Assembly (NCBI GenBank): GCA_017479865.1 | Contig: JAFVBS010000012.1 | Coordinates: 960 to 64,959, forward strand | DNA: 64,000 bases | Source of the DNA: Clostridia bacterium | GTDB taxonomy: Bacteria; Bacillota; Clostridia; TANB77; CAG-508 | Direction of reading: 5' to 3' | Shown here: piece after piece, positions 17,437 to 26,699 of the stretch | Layout: each line of letters starts with the position of its first letter | How positions within the stretch are numbered: the first letter of the stretch is position 1 | Made by a program: the position numbers and the translations under genes | Notes under the pieces: generated by a model | Database searches by the model: none | What the model was told of the DNA's origin: nothing | The model's input: the letters and a program-made list of their open reading frames with translations, nothing else

Positions 17437-19731
17437 ATGCAAGATTTAATAGAAGGATTAAATGATAAACAAAAAGAGGCAGTGTTGACAGCAGAAGGAC
17501 CATGCCTTGTCATTGCAGGAGCAGGAAGCGGCAAAACAAAAGTATTAACACACAAAATTGCTTATTTAATTTCACAAAAAAATGTGAAGCCATGGAATAT
17601 ATTAGCCATTACTTTTACGAATAAAGCAGCAAACGAAATGAAGCAAAGAGTTGAAAATTTAGTAGGAGACGTTGCACAAGAAATGTGGATGGGAACTTTC
17701 CACTCTGTTTGTGTGCGCATTTTAAGAAGATTTATTGACCGAATCGGTTTTGATAGTTCCTTTTTAATTTTTGATACCTCTGACCAAAAAACAATTGTCA
17801 AGGAATGTTTAAAAACACTCAAAATAGATGACAAAATGTTTACGGAAAGAAGCGTTTTGTCCGAAATTAGTAATGGCAAAAATGAAATGCTTACTCCTGA
17901 AGCTTACCAAACCAAATATGCAGGAGATTATCGTAGAAGCAAAATAGGACAAGTCTATGAACTTTACCAAAAAAGGCTTAGAGAAAACAATGCCATAGAC
18001 TTTGATGATATTATCAATTATACTATTGAAATTTTAAGCAACAATCCAGATGTTTTAGAATATTACACAGACAAATTCCGCTATGTCTTGGTAGATGAGT
18101 ACCAAGACACCAACAAAGCACAGTTTATGCTGGTTTCTATTTTAGCGTCACACTATGGAAACATTACAGTTGTAGGAGACAATGACCAAGGAATTTATAG
18201 CTTTCGCGGTGCTGATATTTCCAATATTTTGAATTTTGAAAAAGACTTTCCAGGAACGAAAATTATCAAACTAGAACAAAATTATCGTTGCACTGGCAAT
18301 ATTTTAAAAGCTGCCAATGCTGTCATTAAGCATAATGAGAATAAATACGAAAAAAAATTATGGACCGAAAACGAAGAAGGAAACCTACCTTGCCTATATC
18401 AAGCAGAAGACGAATATGATGAGGCAACTTATGTGGTACAACAAATTAACCATTTGAAAACAGAAGAATATTTAAAGCCATGCGATTTTGCTGTACTTTA
18501 CAGAATGAATGCGCAATCCAGAGCGATTGAGGATATTTTACGAAGAGAAGACATTCCGTACAAAGTAGTAGGAGGCGTTAAATTCTACGAGCGAAAAGAA
18601 ATTAAGGATGCCATTGCCTACCTAAGGCTCATTTACAATCCATCGGACAATATTTCTTTGAGGAGAATTATTAACGAACCAAAACGCGGCATTGGAAAAA
18701 CTAGCTTAGACCATGTGCAAGAAATTGCGGACCAGACTGGATCTTCCATGTATGAAATTATCAAAAACTGCGAACAATATGGCTTGACAAGAATCAAAGC
18801 AAATGCTGACGAGTTTACAAATTTGATTGAGGAATTAAGGTTAAAAATACAAGAACTTAGCATTTCTGAGCTTTTGAAAGAAGTACTCAAAAAATCAGGC
18901 TATACCAAAGCATTAGACCAAGAAAATACCATTGAAGCAGAAACAAGATTGCAAAACTTAGAAGAATTTTTAACAGTTGCCATCGAGTTTGAAGAAGAAT
19001 CAGCAGACAACAGCTTAGCGGAATTTTTGGAAAGTATTACATTATCTAGCGATGTAGACGAGATGCAAGACGAAGACAATAGCGTTACGTTGATGACACT
19101 TCATAGTGCCAAAGGACTAGAATATCCAGTAGTCTTTTTAGTGGGAATGGAAGAAGGAATTTTCCCAGGTTACCAATCCATCGGAGAGCCACAACAGCTT
19201 GAAGAAGAGAGACGTTTATTCTATGTAGGAATTACGAGAGCAAAACAGTTTTTATACCTCACCTGTGCAAAGCATAGAACCATTTTTGGCTCTACCAGCT
19301 ATAATGCCATTTCAAGATTTATCAAAGAAATTCCTGATAATTTACTAGACGGCGTTGTGGACAATGACCAAGAGGAAAAATTCAACGACACGAGTTATCA
19401 ATGGGAATATGGCAGAAGAGGTGCAGCAGGTAAAGTAAAAACATATACTCTTGACACAAAAGAAGTCAAACCAGTCAAAGAAACAAGTCCACTCCAATAT
19501 GGCAGAACGGCAGAAAGCTTTTTAAATTCCTTAGCACAAAAGAAAACACAAGGCGCACAAGATATTACACAATACAAAGAAGGACAGAGAATTTATCATA
19601 AAAAGTTTGGAGAAGGAATCATTCAAAAACTAGAACCGGAAGGAGATGACTACAAAGTAGACATCCTATTTGATAAAGTAGGACATAAGCGTTTAATGGC
19701 TAAATTTGCTGGGCTAGAAATTTTAGAATAA
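17437..19731 (+). CDS. pcrA: ATP-dependent DNA helicase PcrA (UvrD family)
   Basis: AGAGSGKTKVLTHKIAYL Walker A, VLVDEYQDTN, VGDNDQGIYSFRGA, QNYRC and TLHSAKGLEYPVVF helicase motifs. The likely start is the ATG at 17437. Confidence 0.93.
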   Translation: MQDLIEGLNDKQKEAVLTAEGPCLVIAGAGSGKTKVLTHKIAYLISQKNVKPWNILAITFTNKAANEMKQRVENLVGDVAQEMWMGTFHSVCVRILRRFIDRIGFDSSFLIFDTSDQKTIVKECLKTLKIDDKMFTERSVLSEISNGKNEMLTPEAYQTKYAGDYRRSKIGQVYELYQKRLRENNAIDFDDIINYTIEILSNNPDVLEYYTDKFRYVLVDEYQDTNKAQFMLVSILASHYGNITVVGDNDQGIYSFRGADISNILNFEKDFPGTKIIKLEQNYRCTGNILKAANAVIKHNENKYEKKLWTENEEGNLPCLYQAEDEYDEATYVVQQINHLKTEEYLKPCDFAVLYRMNAQSRAIEDILRREDIPYKVVGGVKFYERKEIKDAIAYLRLIYNPSDNISLRRIINEPKRGIGKTSLDHVQEIADQTGSSMYEIIKNCEQYGLTRIKANADEFTNLIEELRLKIQELSISELLKEVLKKSGYTKALDQENTIEAETRLQNLEEFLTVAIEFEEESADNSLAEFLESITLSSDVDEMQDEDNSVTLMTLHSAKGLEYPVVFLVGMEEGIFPGYQSIGEPQQLEEERRLFYVGITRAKQFLYLTCAKHRTIFGSTSYNAISRFIKEIPDNLLDGVVDNDQEEKFNDTSYQWEYGRRGAAGKVKTYTLDTKEVKPVKETSPLQYGRTAESFLNSLAQKKTQGAQDITQYKEGQRIYHKKFGEGIIQKLEPEGDDYKVDILFDKVGHKRLMAKFAGLEILE

Positions 19732-19820
19732 TATAAATATACTTGTAAAATGAAACTAAATAGTATATCATAAAAAAGCCTTTTAACAAGGTAAAACTTG
19801 GAGAAAGGAGGTACATACTT

Positions 19821-19910
19821 ATGAGTTCCTACGAGTTGATTTGGCGTTTAATTGTATTATTGCTTTTAAGTGATCATAGCAATGAATGTCAAGACAGAAA
19901 CAAAGAATAA
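19821..19910 (+). CDS. 29-aa hydrophobic peptide with charged tail, candidate type I toxin
   Basis: Strong RBS GAGAAAGGAGGT ends 8 nt before the ATG. Peptide MSSYELIWRLIVLLLLSDHSNECQDRNKE. Its start-codon region is complementary to the loop of the convergent small RNA. Confidence 0.5.
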   Translation: MSSYELIWRLIVLLLLSDHSNECQDRNKE

Positions 19911-19916
19911 TCTTTG

Positions 19917-19948
19917 AGAGCAAGTGTCCGCTTGCTCTTTCCTTTCAC
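19917..19948 (+). terminator. hairpin with TGTCCG loop after the peptide ORF
   Basis: AGAGCAAG-TGTCCG-CTTGCTCT followed by TTCCTTTC. Confidence 0.45.
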
Positions 19949-20020
19949 AAAAAAAGAGATTATGTGTCCGCATAATCTCGATACAAACTTAATATTGAGT
20001 TCCTATAAGTTTGTTTGACT
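19949..20020 (-). ncRNA. candidate antisense small RNA (about 70 nt), convergent with the peptide gene
   Basis: Minus-strand consensus promoter (TTGACA, 17 nt spacer, TATAAT) at 20027..20055. The 5' hairpin ACAAACTTA..TAAGTTTGT displays UAGGAACUCAAUAU in its loop. The terminator is GAGATTATG-CGGACA-CATAATCTC plus a run of 7 T. Confidence 0.55.
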
Positions 20021-20026
20021 ATCAAT

Positions 20027-20055
20027 ATTATAGCACTGAAATAATTATATGTCAA
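20027..20055 (-). promoter_or_regulatory. consensus sigma-A promoter on the minus strand
   Basis: The plus strand reads ATTATA (20027..20032) and TGTCAA (20050..20055), separated by exactly 17 nt. Confidence 0.65.
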
Positions 20056-20132
20056 ATATTTTTTTATTCGGTATAAAAAATCAAATTTTGTCCATAATAT
20101 CATTAGAAAATTGAGTGAAAGGAAGGATTACA

Positions 20133-20321
20133 ATGGCAAATTTAACACAAGTAGAATTGCAAAATTTAAGACATTTAATAGGAGCACATGAAACTTCATA
20201 CCAAAAATTAAATGCTTTTGCATCACAAGCCGTAGACCCACAAATTAAGCAAATGTTTACAAAATCTGCACAAGATGCTTTAAACACAAAACAAAAATTA
20301 TTATCATTCTTAAATAATTAA
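20133..20321 (+). CDS. small spore-coat-associated protein (partner of the CotF-like protein)
   Basis: MANLTQVELQNLRHLIGAHETSYQKL.., RBS AAAGGAAGG, immediately upstream of the coat-F-like gene. Confidence 0.55.
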   Translation: MANLTQVELQNLRHLIGAHETSYQKLNAFASQAVDPQIKQMFTKSAQDALNTKQKLLSFLNN

Positions 20322-20334
20322 AGGAGGTTTTTAC

Positions 20335-20580
20335 ATGGACGAAAAAACAATGGTGAACGACATATTAGGAAGTGTCAAAGCAGACCTTACTGCTTATCAA
20401 ACAGCAATTTCAGAAGCTGAAAATATGCAATTAAGACAAACTTTCCAACAAATTCGCAATAGTGATGAAAGTTTTCAATATGAATTATTCAAAGTAGCAG
20501 AAGCAAAAGGATATTATAAACCAGCACAAAAAGCTACTGTGACAGAGATACAAACACTTAAAACAGAATTAGAACAATAA
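20335..20580 (+). CDS. spore coat protein, CotF-like
   Basis: MVNDILGSVKADLTAYQTAISEAENMQLRQTFQQIRN.. resembles coat-F domain sequences as I recall them. Confidence 0.7.
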   Translation: MDEKTMVNDILGSVKADLTAYQTAISEAENMQLRQTFQQIRNSDESFQYELFKVAEAKGYYKPAQKATVTEIQTLKTELEQ

Positions 20581-20801
20581 AATTAAAAAAACTCACTACC
20601 AAAACTGATAACGAAAAAACGTCGTTACACAGATTGATAGTGATTTTTCTTTTTTTAAAGTGTTGTTGCATGGCATCTTTATTAATAGTAACCCCCTTTT
20701 GCAAAAAAAACTTCTAAATGGGCTTGTAATTTTTTTTGTTTTACGATAGAATAATAACGTAAAAATAATAAATTTCCGTAGTAAAAATAGGAGTTTTAAT
20801 A

Positions 20802-21791
20802 ATGAACCATTTTAAAAGAATTGCAATGCATATTCGTACTACCATTAAGTTTATTGTGTTAGTTATTATTTCGGCATTTTTAATTGTTACAGCAGTAGCG
20901 GTATTTTATAAACCAACGTATGCAGTATATTTTAATGATGAACTAATTGGATATACCGAAAACAAAAGTGAATTGCAAGCAAAAATCAATCAGTATATGG
21001 AAGGTGGTAGCAAAGATGGCGTTGCTTTTGCACAAATTGATTCTATGCCAGAATACGCACTTTGTTTGCTAAAAAAAGATATTATATCAAATGATGATGA
21101 AATTTATGCAACAGTCACTCAAAATGGAACAGAATATTATCGTTATTATGCCATTACTGACGATAAAGAAGAAAAGTTATATGTAAAAACATTTGAAGAA
21201 GCAGAAAAGGTTGTTAGCCAATTAAAAGAAAAAAACAGTGTTAATAAAAATGACATTGGCATTGTAGAAAAATATGACACTCAAATAAAGGAGTTTGCCT
21301 CTGTAGAAACATGTATTTCAAAATTATATGAAGCGCCAAAGCCAAAGGTAACCTATGTAGCTTCTACTTCATCAGGCTATGTCTCTGGAATGTCTAGTCA
21401 AAAGGTAAACATTGGTATTTCACTCATTAGACCAATTTCAGGCGTAATTACTTCGAGATTTGGCAGTAGGGAAAGCATTCGCTCCTATGGTCACAGAGGA
21501 TTAGATATTGCAGCCCCTGCAGGTACTCCAATTAAGGCGGCAGCATCAGGAACCGTTACTACTAGTGGTTACAATTCTTCTTATGGCAATATGATTATCA
21601 TTTCTCATGGAAATGGGGTACAAACTGTTTATGGACATTGCAGTCAATTACTAGTATCGGTAGGACAAACTGTCAGCCAAGGACAAGTCATTGGTAAAGT
21701 GGGTTCTACTGGACACTCTACAGGACCACATTTACACTTAGAAGTGCGTATTAATGGCGTATTGCAAAATCCACAAAACTATGTATATTAA
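20802..21791 (+). CDS. M23-family metallopeptidase with N-terminal membrane anchor
   Basis: HRGLDIAAPAGTPI and GHSTGPHLHLEVR (LytM-type) motifs. TM segment near the N-terminus. Confidence 0.85.
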   Translation: MNHFKRIAMHIRTTIKFIVLVIISAFLIVTAVAVFYKPTYAVYFNDELIGYTENKSELQAKINQYMEGGSKDGVAFAQIDSMPEYALCLLKKDIISNDDEIYATVTQNGTEYYRYYAITDDKEEKLYVKTFEEAEKVVSQLKEKNSVNKNDIGIVEKYDTQIKEFASVETCISKLYEAPKPKVTYVASTSSGYVSGMSSQKVNIGISLIRPISGVITSRFGSRESIRSYGHRGLDIAAPAGTPIKAAASGTVTTSGYNSSYGNMIIISHGNGVQTVYGHCSQLLVSVGQTVSQGQVIGKVGSTGHSTGPHLHLEVRINGVLQNPQNYVY

Positions 21792-21902
21792 AGTAAAAAT
21801 CAATCAAAAGTGAATCATCAAATATAATTGACAAAGTAAAACTAAAAATTCCTCTTACAAAGACATTTTATTGCCTTCGTGAGAGGATTTTTAATTCATT
21901 TA

Positions 21903-22535
21903 CTATGCTTTCGAAAAATATGTCAATCCAATTTCCAAAGCATTATGTTTTATTAAAGAATTTCCACATTCTTCCAATTTTCCGACAAATACTTTGGAGT
22001 TTGTTACATGCTTTGCAAACTCTGTAATAATAGCATAAAATTTTAATTTACTTGCAATGTCTACACAAATATTACCCATTACTAAATAGTATAACCCTTG
22101 ATATGTATACAAAACCACTGACTCTGCAATATTTTTCACATCATCTAATTCAAAATTATCCCTTAAAAATTGTACAAAGCCACAAAAGTCATCAAAGCTA
22201 TTAAAACAATATGCAGTTTGTGTGGCGGAAAAATCAACTTCCTTTCGCTTAATGGTAAATTTTTTTTTGGATAACTTCCCTTTTTCATCAGGAACAATTT
22301 TAGTAATGGTAAAAATAAAATCAGAATCTGCCATTGCCAAAGCTTCAATTTTCAGGTTATAGTCCTCTGGATCGAAACCTGTTTGCTTTTTTGCTTCATC
22401 TAACATATCTAATAAAATATTTTGTGATTCAATCGAGTTAGACATAAACACATGAAAATCAATGTCCTTTTCTACTAAATCCTGAATGGTCACAGTAATT
22501 CTAATTTTTGTATCGCTTAATTTTTCAAACTTCAT
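21903..22535 (-). CDS. mecA: adaptor protein MecA
   Basis: N-terminus MKFEKLSDTKIRITVTIQDLVEKDIDFH.. resembles MecA. Length about 210 aa. Confidence 0.75.
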   Translation of the reverse strand: MKFEKLSDTKIRITVTIQDLVEKDIDFHVFMSNSIESQNILLDMLDEAKKQTGFDPEDYNLKIEALAMADSDFIFTITKIVPDEKGKLSKKKFTIKRKEVDFSATQTAYCFNSFDDFCGFVQFLRDNFELDDVKNIAESVVLYTYQGLYYLVMGNICVDIASKLKFYAIITEFAKHVTNSKVFVGKLEECGNSLIKHNALEIGLTYFSKA

Positions 22536-22877
22536 CTACTAGCCCCCATGTTCATTCTATACTATTATTATACTACTTACCCTCTCAAAATGAAACCAAC
22601 AATTTATGGAAAATTGAGAGATTTTATTATTGCAACAGTAGCTCCCTTGGACTGTCCGCGCGAAACGCATGGCATGTGCCAAAGCCACTTTTCTTACTAT
22701 AGCACGAAAAGTTCAAAATGTCTATAGAACTTTCATGAAAATTTTATCAAAAAAGTTACAGCAAATAGGGGGAACCTCTTGAAAAAAAAGCCAAATGAAT
22801 ATATAATACTGGGGAAGCAAAAAGATTAACAGACAAACTTTTTTAATGAATTGATACAAGAGAGGAATGATATAAGC

Positions 22878-23135
22878 ATGGCAGTTAGAGAAAAAAATTT
22901 TTGGATATTAGTTTTATTTTTATTAGGGGGAATTGTCATAGGAGGATTGTTAGGAGACCTTGCTTCTAAAATTGAATTTTTATCATGGCTTTCCTATGGA
23001 CAGCAGTTTGGATTGACTAGTCCAATTGAATTAGATTTAAGCGTGATAAAAATTACCTTTGCACTAATATTTAAAATTAATATTGCAAGTATTATTGGAA
23101 TTATATTAGCAATTTTAATTTACAAAAAAGTCTAA
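22878..23135 (+). CDS. small membrane protein (DUF4321-like), upstream of radC-mreB
   Basis: Two hydrophobic segments. From memory, a conserved position ahead of radC/mreB in Clostridia. ATG at 22878 after GAGAGGAA. Confidence 0.55.
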   Translation: MAVREKNFWILVLFLLGGIVIGGLLGDLASKIEFLSWLSYGQQFGLTSPIELDLSVIKITFALIFKINIASIIGIILAILIYKKV

Positions 23136-23321
23136 GCAACATCAAAATTTTCGCTTTATCTTAAAACAATTATTTAGAAAATGACCTAGCAAAACTTCAA
23201 TTTTAATTTATAAAAGCTTTGCAATGGTTGCATAACTAACTTCTATGAGAGTTGTATCAATACACTTGACTAGAACTAAAAAATGGGGGCACACTATGAA
23301 AAGAAAGGTAGGATTTAATTT

Positions 23322-24044
23322 ATGAAAATGAAAGAGCTTCCCATTTCAGAAAGACCTTATGAAAAATTAGAAATGTATGGAGAAAGTACATTATCAAATG
23401 CAGAGTTACTAGCGATAATTATTAAAAATGGTACCAAAGAAGAGAGTTCAGTTATGTTGGCACAAAAAATACTTTCACTACGAAAAAATCAAAACTGTAA
23501 AGAGGACAACTTACGATTTTTACAAGAAATTTCAATAAACGAATTGATGTCTATTCACGGGATTGGAAAAGTCAAGGCAATTCAATTAAAGGCGGTATGT
23601 GAATTAGCTAAACGTATTTCCAGACCTATCGACCTACTAAAGCGAAAAATTACATGTCCAAAAGATGTTGCCAATTTATTCATGGACGAATTAAAAGTAG
23701 AAAAAAGAGAAATAGTGAAAGTAGTTATTTTAGATTCCCAAAATTGCATTTTAAAAGTACAAACTATTTCCTTAGGGGGAACGATTTCCGCTCAAATAGA
23801 GCCAAAAGATATTCTCACTGAGGCAATCAAAATTGGAGCACCAAAGATGATTTTATTACATAACCATCCTAGTGGTGATGCAACACCTAGTAGAGCGGAC
23901 ATGCAATTTACTAAGCGCTTGGAAGAGGCCTCTGTGATTCTAGGAGTACAACTATTAGACCATATCACTATAGGAGATGGAAATTACCGAAGTATGAAAG
24001 CTATGATGGTATTACAAAATCAAGAAAGGAATGAGACAAAATAA
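23322..24044 (+). CDS. radC: RadC-family JAB-domain protein
   Basis: HhH region (IHGIGKVKAIQLKA) and JAMM motif LLHNHPSGD. Confidence 0.88.
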   Translation: MKMKELPISERPYEKLEMYGESTLSNAELLAIIIKNGTKEESSVMLAQKILSLRKNQNCKEDNLRFLQEISINELMSIHGIGKVKAIQLKAVCELAKRISRPIDLLKRKITCPKDVANLFMDELKVEKREIVKVVILDSQNCILKVQTISLGGTISAQIEPKDILTEAIKIGAPKMILLHNHPSGDATPSRADMQFTKRLEEASVILGVQLLDHITIGDGNYRSMKAMMVLQNQERNETK

Positions 24045-25075
24045 TGAAATGGTCGGGATTAGGATTAAAAGATATTGGAATAGACCTTGGGACTGCTAAC
24101 ATTATGATGACATTAAAAGGAAAGGGCATTATTTTTCATGAGCCATCGGTGGTAGCAATTGATAATACCACAGGAAGAATTATTGCAACAGGAAGTGAGG
24201 CCAAGGAAATGATAGGAAGAACGCCAAGTGACATCAAAGCAATTAGACCAATGCAAGACGGAGTGATTGCAGACCTTACAGCGACACAATTAATGCTAAG
24301 GAGTATGCTTCAAAAAGTATGCCAAAGGTATAATGCTAAAAAGCCAAGAGTGGTGGTTGGGGTTCCTTCAGGAATTACAGAAGTAGAAGAAAGAGCAGTT
24401 GAGGAAGCAGTCATACAAGCAGGAGCAAGAGAGGTATACTTAATAGAAGAACCAATGGCTGCTGCAATTGGCGCGGGGTTAGCAGTATCAGAGCCAACTG
24501 GAAATATTATAGTTGATATTGGAGGAGGAACCACCGAGGTAGCGGTTATTTCCCTAGGGGGAATTGTAGTATGTAACTCCTTAAGGATAGCTGGGGACGA
24601 GTTAAATCAAGACATTATTAACTATGTCAAACGAGAGATGAACTTAGCCATCGGTGAGACAACGGCAGAGACAATTAAAATCAATATCGGATGCGCACTT
24701 CCGCTCATGACAGAAATGAGTATGGAAATACGAGGTAGAAATTTGTTAACAGGGCTTCCAGAAGTGAACAAAATTACTTCTTCACAGGTGCAAGAAGCAA
24801 TGAGTGAATCCATTGAAAAAATTGTAGAAATTGTAAAGCAGACGTTAGAAAAAACACCACCAGAATTAGCATCCGACCTCATGGAACGAGGTATAGTACT
24901 TGCAGGAGGAGGAGCATTGATTCCAAATTTAGATAAACTCATTGCCTATGCAACAGAAATTCCGGTTACTATTGCAGAAAATCCTCTGGAATGTGTTGTA
25001 AGAGGTGCAGAAAAAACACTAGAAGATATAGAAAGGCTAAGGACAATTCTTACCAATTCTAGAAAAAGAAAATAA
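24044..25075 (+). CDS. mreB: rod-shape-determining actin homologue MreB
   Basis: IGIDLGTANIMM, EPMAAAIGAG, DIGGGTTEVAVISLGG and VLAGGGA motifs. Confidence 0.95.
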   Translation: MKWSGLGLKDIGIDLGTANIMMTLKGKGIIFHEPSVVAIDNTTGRIIATGSEAKEMIGRTPSDIKAIRPMQDGVIADLTATQLMLRSMLQKVCQRYNAKKPRVVVGVPSGITEVEERAVEEAVIQAGAREVYLIEEPMAAAIGAGLAVSEPTGNIIVDIGGGTTEVAVISLGGIVVCNSLRIAGDELNQDIINYVKREMNLAIGETTAETIKINIGCALPLMTEMSMEIRGRNLLTGLPEVNKITSSQVQEAMSESIEKIVEIVKQTLEKTPPELASDLMERGIVLAGGGALIPNLDKLIAYATEIPVTIAENPLECVVRGAEKTLEDIERLRTILTNSRKRK

Positions 25076-25086
25076 GGAGAGGGTTT

Positions 25087-25932
25087 ATGTATAGAAACAA
25101 AAGGACAGGAACCATCGGAATCATTATCACTATTTTCCTTTTAATTCTTGTTGTCATTCTTTCCAACATGAATACACAAAAAATGTCAGGGGTAGAAAAT
25201 GCACTTGCCACATTGGTAATGCCAATTCAAAATGGACTTACTTATTTAAAGAATAAAATGGAAGGCAATGACACTTTTTTTACCAATATTAGTCGTTTAC
25301 AAGAAGAAAATGAGGAACTCAAACAAAAAAATAGCGATTTAGAGCAATCATTAAGAGAGCTAGAAATGATAAAATCAGAGAATGAAATACTCAAAGAATA
25401 TGTCAATTTAAAAGATAAATATAAAAATTATGAGACGGTTCCTGCATATATCATTCATAAGGATATTAGTAATTACAGTAATGTTATTGTCATTAATGTT
25501 GGTTCCAGTGATGGAATTGAAGCAAATATGACAGTGATTGCAGACAAAGGACTAGTGGGGTATGTTCTATCCACCACAGAAACCACGGCAAAAGTACAAA
25601 CCATTGTGGATACAGCAACTTCTGTAAGTGCCGTACTTAACACATCACGTGAAGCCATTATTTTAAATGGAATGCAAGGAAATTATACTACATTAAAAGC
25701 AACTTTTTTGCCAACAGATGCTAGTATTCTACAAAATGACAATGTAGAAACATCCGGATTAGGAGGTATTTATCCAAAAGGAATTCATATTGGAACTGTC
25801 AAAGAAATGGTAGAAACAAAAAATACAACAGATCGTTATGCTTATATTGAAACAGCTGTGGATTTTAAAAAACTTGAGACAGTATTAGTCATTAAAGACA
25901 AAGGGACGGAGATTTCGTATAACGGCTTCTAG
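25087..25932 (+). CDS. mreC: rod-shape-determining protein MreC
   Basis: N-terminal TM, coiled coil, GLVGYV and TSGLGGIYPKGI motifs, position after mreB. Confidence 0.88.
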   Translation: MYRNKRTGTIGIIITIFLLILVVILSNMNTQKMSGVENALATLVMPIQNGLTYLKNKMEGNDTFFTNISRLQEENEELKQKNSDLEQSLRELEMIKSENEILKEYVNLKDKYKNYETVPAYIIHKDISNYSNVIVINVGSSDGIEANMTVIADKGLVGYVLSTTETTAKVQTIVDTATSVSAVLNTSREAIILNGMQGNYTTLKATFLPTDASILQNDNVETSGLGGIYPKGIHIGTVKEMVETKNTTDRYAYIETAVDFKKLETVLVIKDKGTEISYNGF

Positions 25933-25935
25933 CAA

Positions 25936-26505
25936 TTGATATTAAATAAATGGAAGGTAGGTGAACCAAGTTTGAAAAAATTTCTTGTTATTGTGGGAAT
26001 TGTGATGGCCTTTTTTATAATTTATTTTTTACAAGCAAACTTTTTCACATGGTTTACTATTTCCGGAGTCATGCCGAATTTATTTGTCATCTTAATTTTA
26101 TGGATTGGACTTTTTATTGGTAAAAAAATGGGCTTTGTCTTTGGGATTATTTTTGGCATCTACTTAGATTTAGTAGTAGGAAAATCTATAGGAATTTCAA
26201 GCATTATGTTTGCCATCATCGGCATTTTAGGAGAATACTTAGATAAAAGCTTTTCAAAAGATAGTAGAATTACTATCATGTTAACTGTGATGGCAAGTAC
26301 TGCTATTTATGAAATTGGTATCTACTTATTCCGCATTATCAAATGGGGAATTCCAGTAGAAATCATGCCATTTATTTCTACTTTGCTTCTTGAGATTTTA
26401 TTTAATGTGGTTCTTGGTATCATATTATATCCGCTCATTCAAAAAACAGGATATGAGGCAGAGAATTTATTTAAAAAGAAAACGGTTTTAACGAGATATT
26501 TTTAA
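25936..26505 (+). CDS. mreD: rod-shape-determining protein MreD (start uncertain, possibly TTG at 25972)
   Basis: Polytopic hydrophobic protein directly after mreC. Confidence 0.75.
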   Translation: MILNKWKVGEPSLKKFLVIVGIVMAFFIIYFLQANFFTWFTISGVMPNLFVILILWIGLFIGKKMGFVFGIIFGIYLDLVVGKSIGISSIMFAIIGILGEYLDKSFSKDSRITIMLTVMASTAIYEIGIYLFRIIKWGIPVEIMPFISTLLLEILFNVVLGIILYPLIQKTGYEAENLFKKKTVLTRYF

Positions 26506-26512
26506 CAAAAAA

Positions 26513-26618
26513 GCTGGTAAGATATTGTTTTCTACCTTGTCGGTAATGGTATGTAATTGCTTCGCTATAACACAACCATTAAAACCTTAAGTCGCTTTGA
26601 AAACAATATTTTATCAGC
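26513..26618 (+). repeat. inverted-repeat element, copy 1 (20 bp arms, 66 nt loop)
   Basis: GCTGGTAAGATATTGTTTTC .. GAAAACAATATTTTATCAGC. The two arm mismatches are G-U compatible on the plus strand. It is related to the element at 29501..29554. Confidence 0.6.
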
Positions 26619-26699
26619 TATGTAGAACTTAAAAAAAGTTATGTCATAAAAAATGAAAATATTTTGTAAATCAATTGAAAAAAGGAAGTGGGTGAAACT

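Noticed and set aside
22508-22702. 64-aa ORF in the mecA upstream region
   Set aside because: It has no RBS. It starts inside mecA on the opposite strand and runs through the promoter and the GC-rich patch. It is more likely non-coding.
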